In this document: positions 63,353 to 64,000 of the stretch, in pieces | Position numbering within the stretch: the stretch's first letter is position 1 | Layout of the letters: the number at the start of each line of letters is the position of its first letter | Assembly: GCA_963514005.1 (NCBI GenBank) | Contig: OY740818.1 | Span: forward strand, 22,506,001-22,570,000 | Reading direction: 5' to 3' | Length of the DNA stretch: 64,000 nt | Source: Raja brachyura | Taxonomy: Eukaryota | Notes under the pieces: model-generated | What the model was told of the DNA's origin: nothing | Database searches by the model: none | Seen by the model: the letters and a program-made list of their open reading frames with translations, nothing else | Translations under genes and position numbers: made by a program

Positions 63353-64000
63353 TGAAGCGTAAAAATGCTGTTCGTTCAATTAAAACAATATTGTACAAAA
63401 GGAAAACCATGGCCAAAGTGGAATCAAGGCAATTTGTAGTTCGCCGTTTGGTTGGAGTTCGGAGCATTCAATAGCCTGATGATGGGAAGAAGCTGCTCCC
63501 AAACCCGGAAGTTACAGTTTTCAGGCTCCTGTACCACTTTCATGACAGCAGGAGCGAAATGAGTGTGTGGCCAGGATGTTGTGGGTCCTTGATGATGCTC
63601 AACAGTGGCGCAGCGGGTGACCAGATCAGCTGGTCTGTAAACGGCTCTCATGTCAGATGTGGACATCCAATTAACATCTCCCATTTTACTCTTCCTAGCT
63701 CTCGTCTAATAATGCTTTAATTTGCCCTCCTCCACATTAGCACTTTGCCCCAAGTTCCAGATTTATCCAGACTATCTTCAGACTTAAGGTATCACCAAGG
63801 CTCTATATATTTGATCAGATTCTCTAGCAATTCAGAGTACACGCACTTGCCCTCCCAAATGCACCACCTTCAGGGCATACCCAAGGTATGCTAATAGCGG
63901 CCACCTGCGGCACTTACAAAGTATGCTGGCTTCTTTGTACTCCCTCCCCCACAGGTCCTCCCTCCCCAACACCGGGTGTCCACTGTTCTCCCCCCACCAC

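Overview
Eukaryotic (vertebrate) genomic DNA. The repeat content (CR1-type LINE tails, V-SINEs, Neptune-type Penelope elements) suggests a cartilaginous fish, probably a skate or ray; this is an inference. Two protein-coding genes lie head-to-head. PARG (poly(ADP-ribose) glycohydrolase) is on the minus strand with coding exons 1-9 at 52722 to 4215; all introns are GT-AG and phase-consistent, and the catalytic 3' exons lie left of the window. RPS24 is complete on the plus strand (55310 to about 61665), including a 3-nt microexon and two short stop-carrying alternative exons. The rest is intronic or intergenic and rich in transposons: Penelope-like elements and many short derivatives carrying minimal hammerhead-ribozyme motifs, CR1/L2/Rex1/RTE LINE fragments, V-SINEs, a non-autonomous Helitron, a PIF/Harbinger MITE, a Tc1 end, minisatellites and local duplications. 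Most ORFs in the supplied track are spurious. The best leads are the hammerhead-bearing Penelope mini-elements (including a perfect 98-bp-arm palindrome), a 20-nt copy of PARG exon 9 inside a nearby repeat, the PARG-RPS24 head-to-head junction, the RPS24 microexon system, a candidate PARG poison exon and a candidate internal PARG promoter. No database search could be run; family names and human comparisons come from motif recognition and recall.
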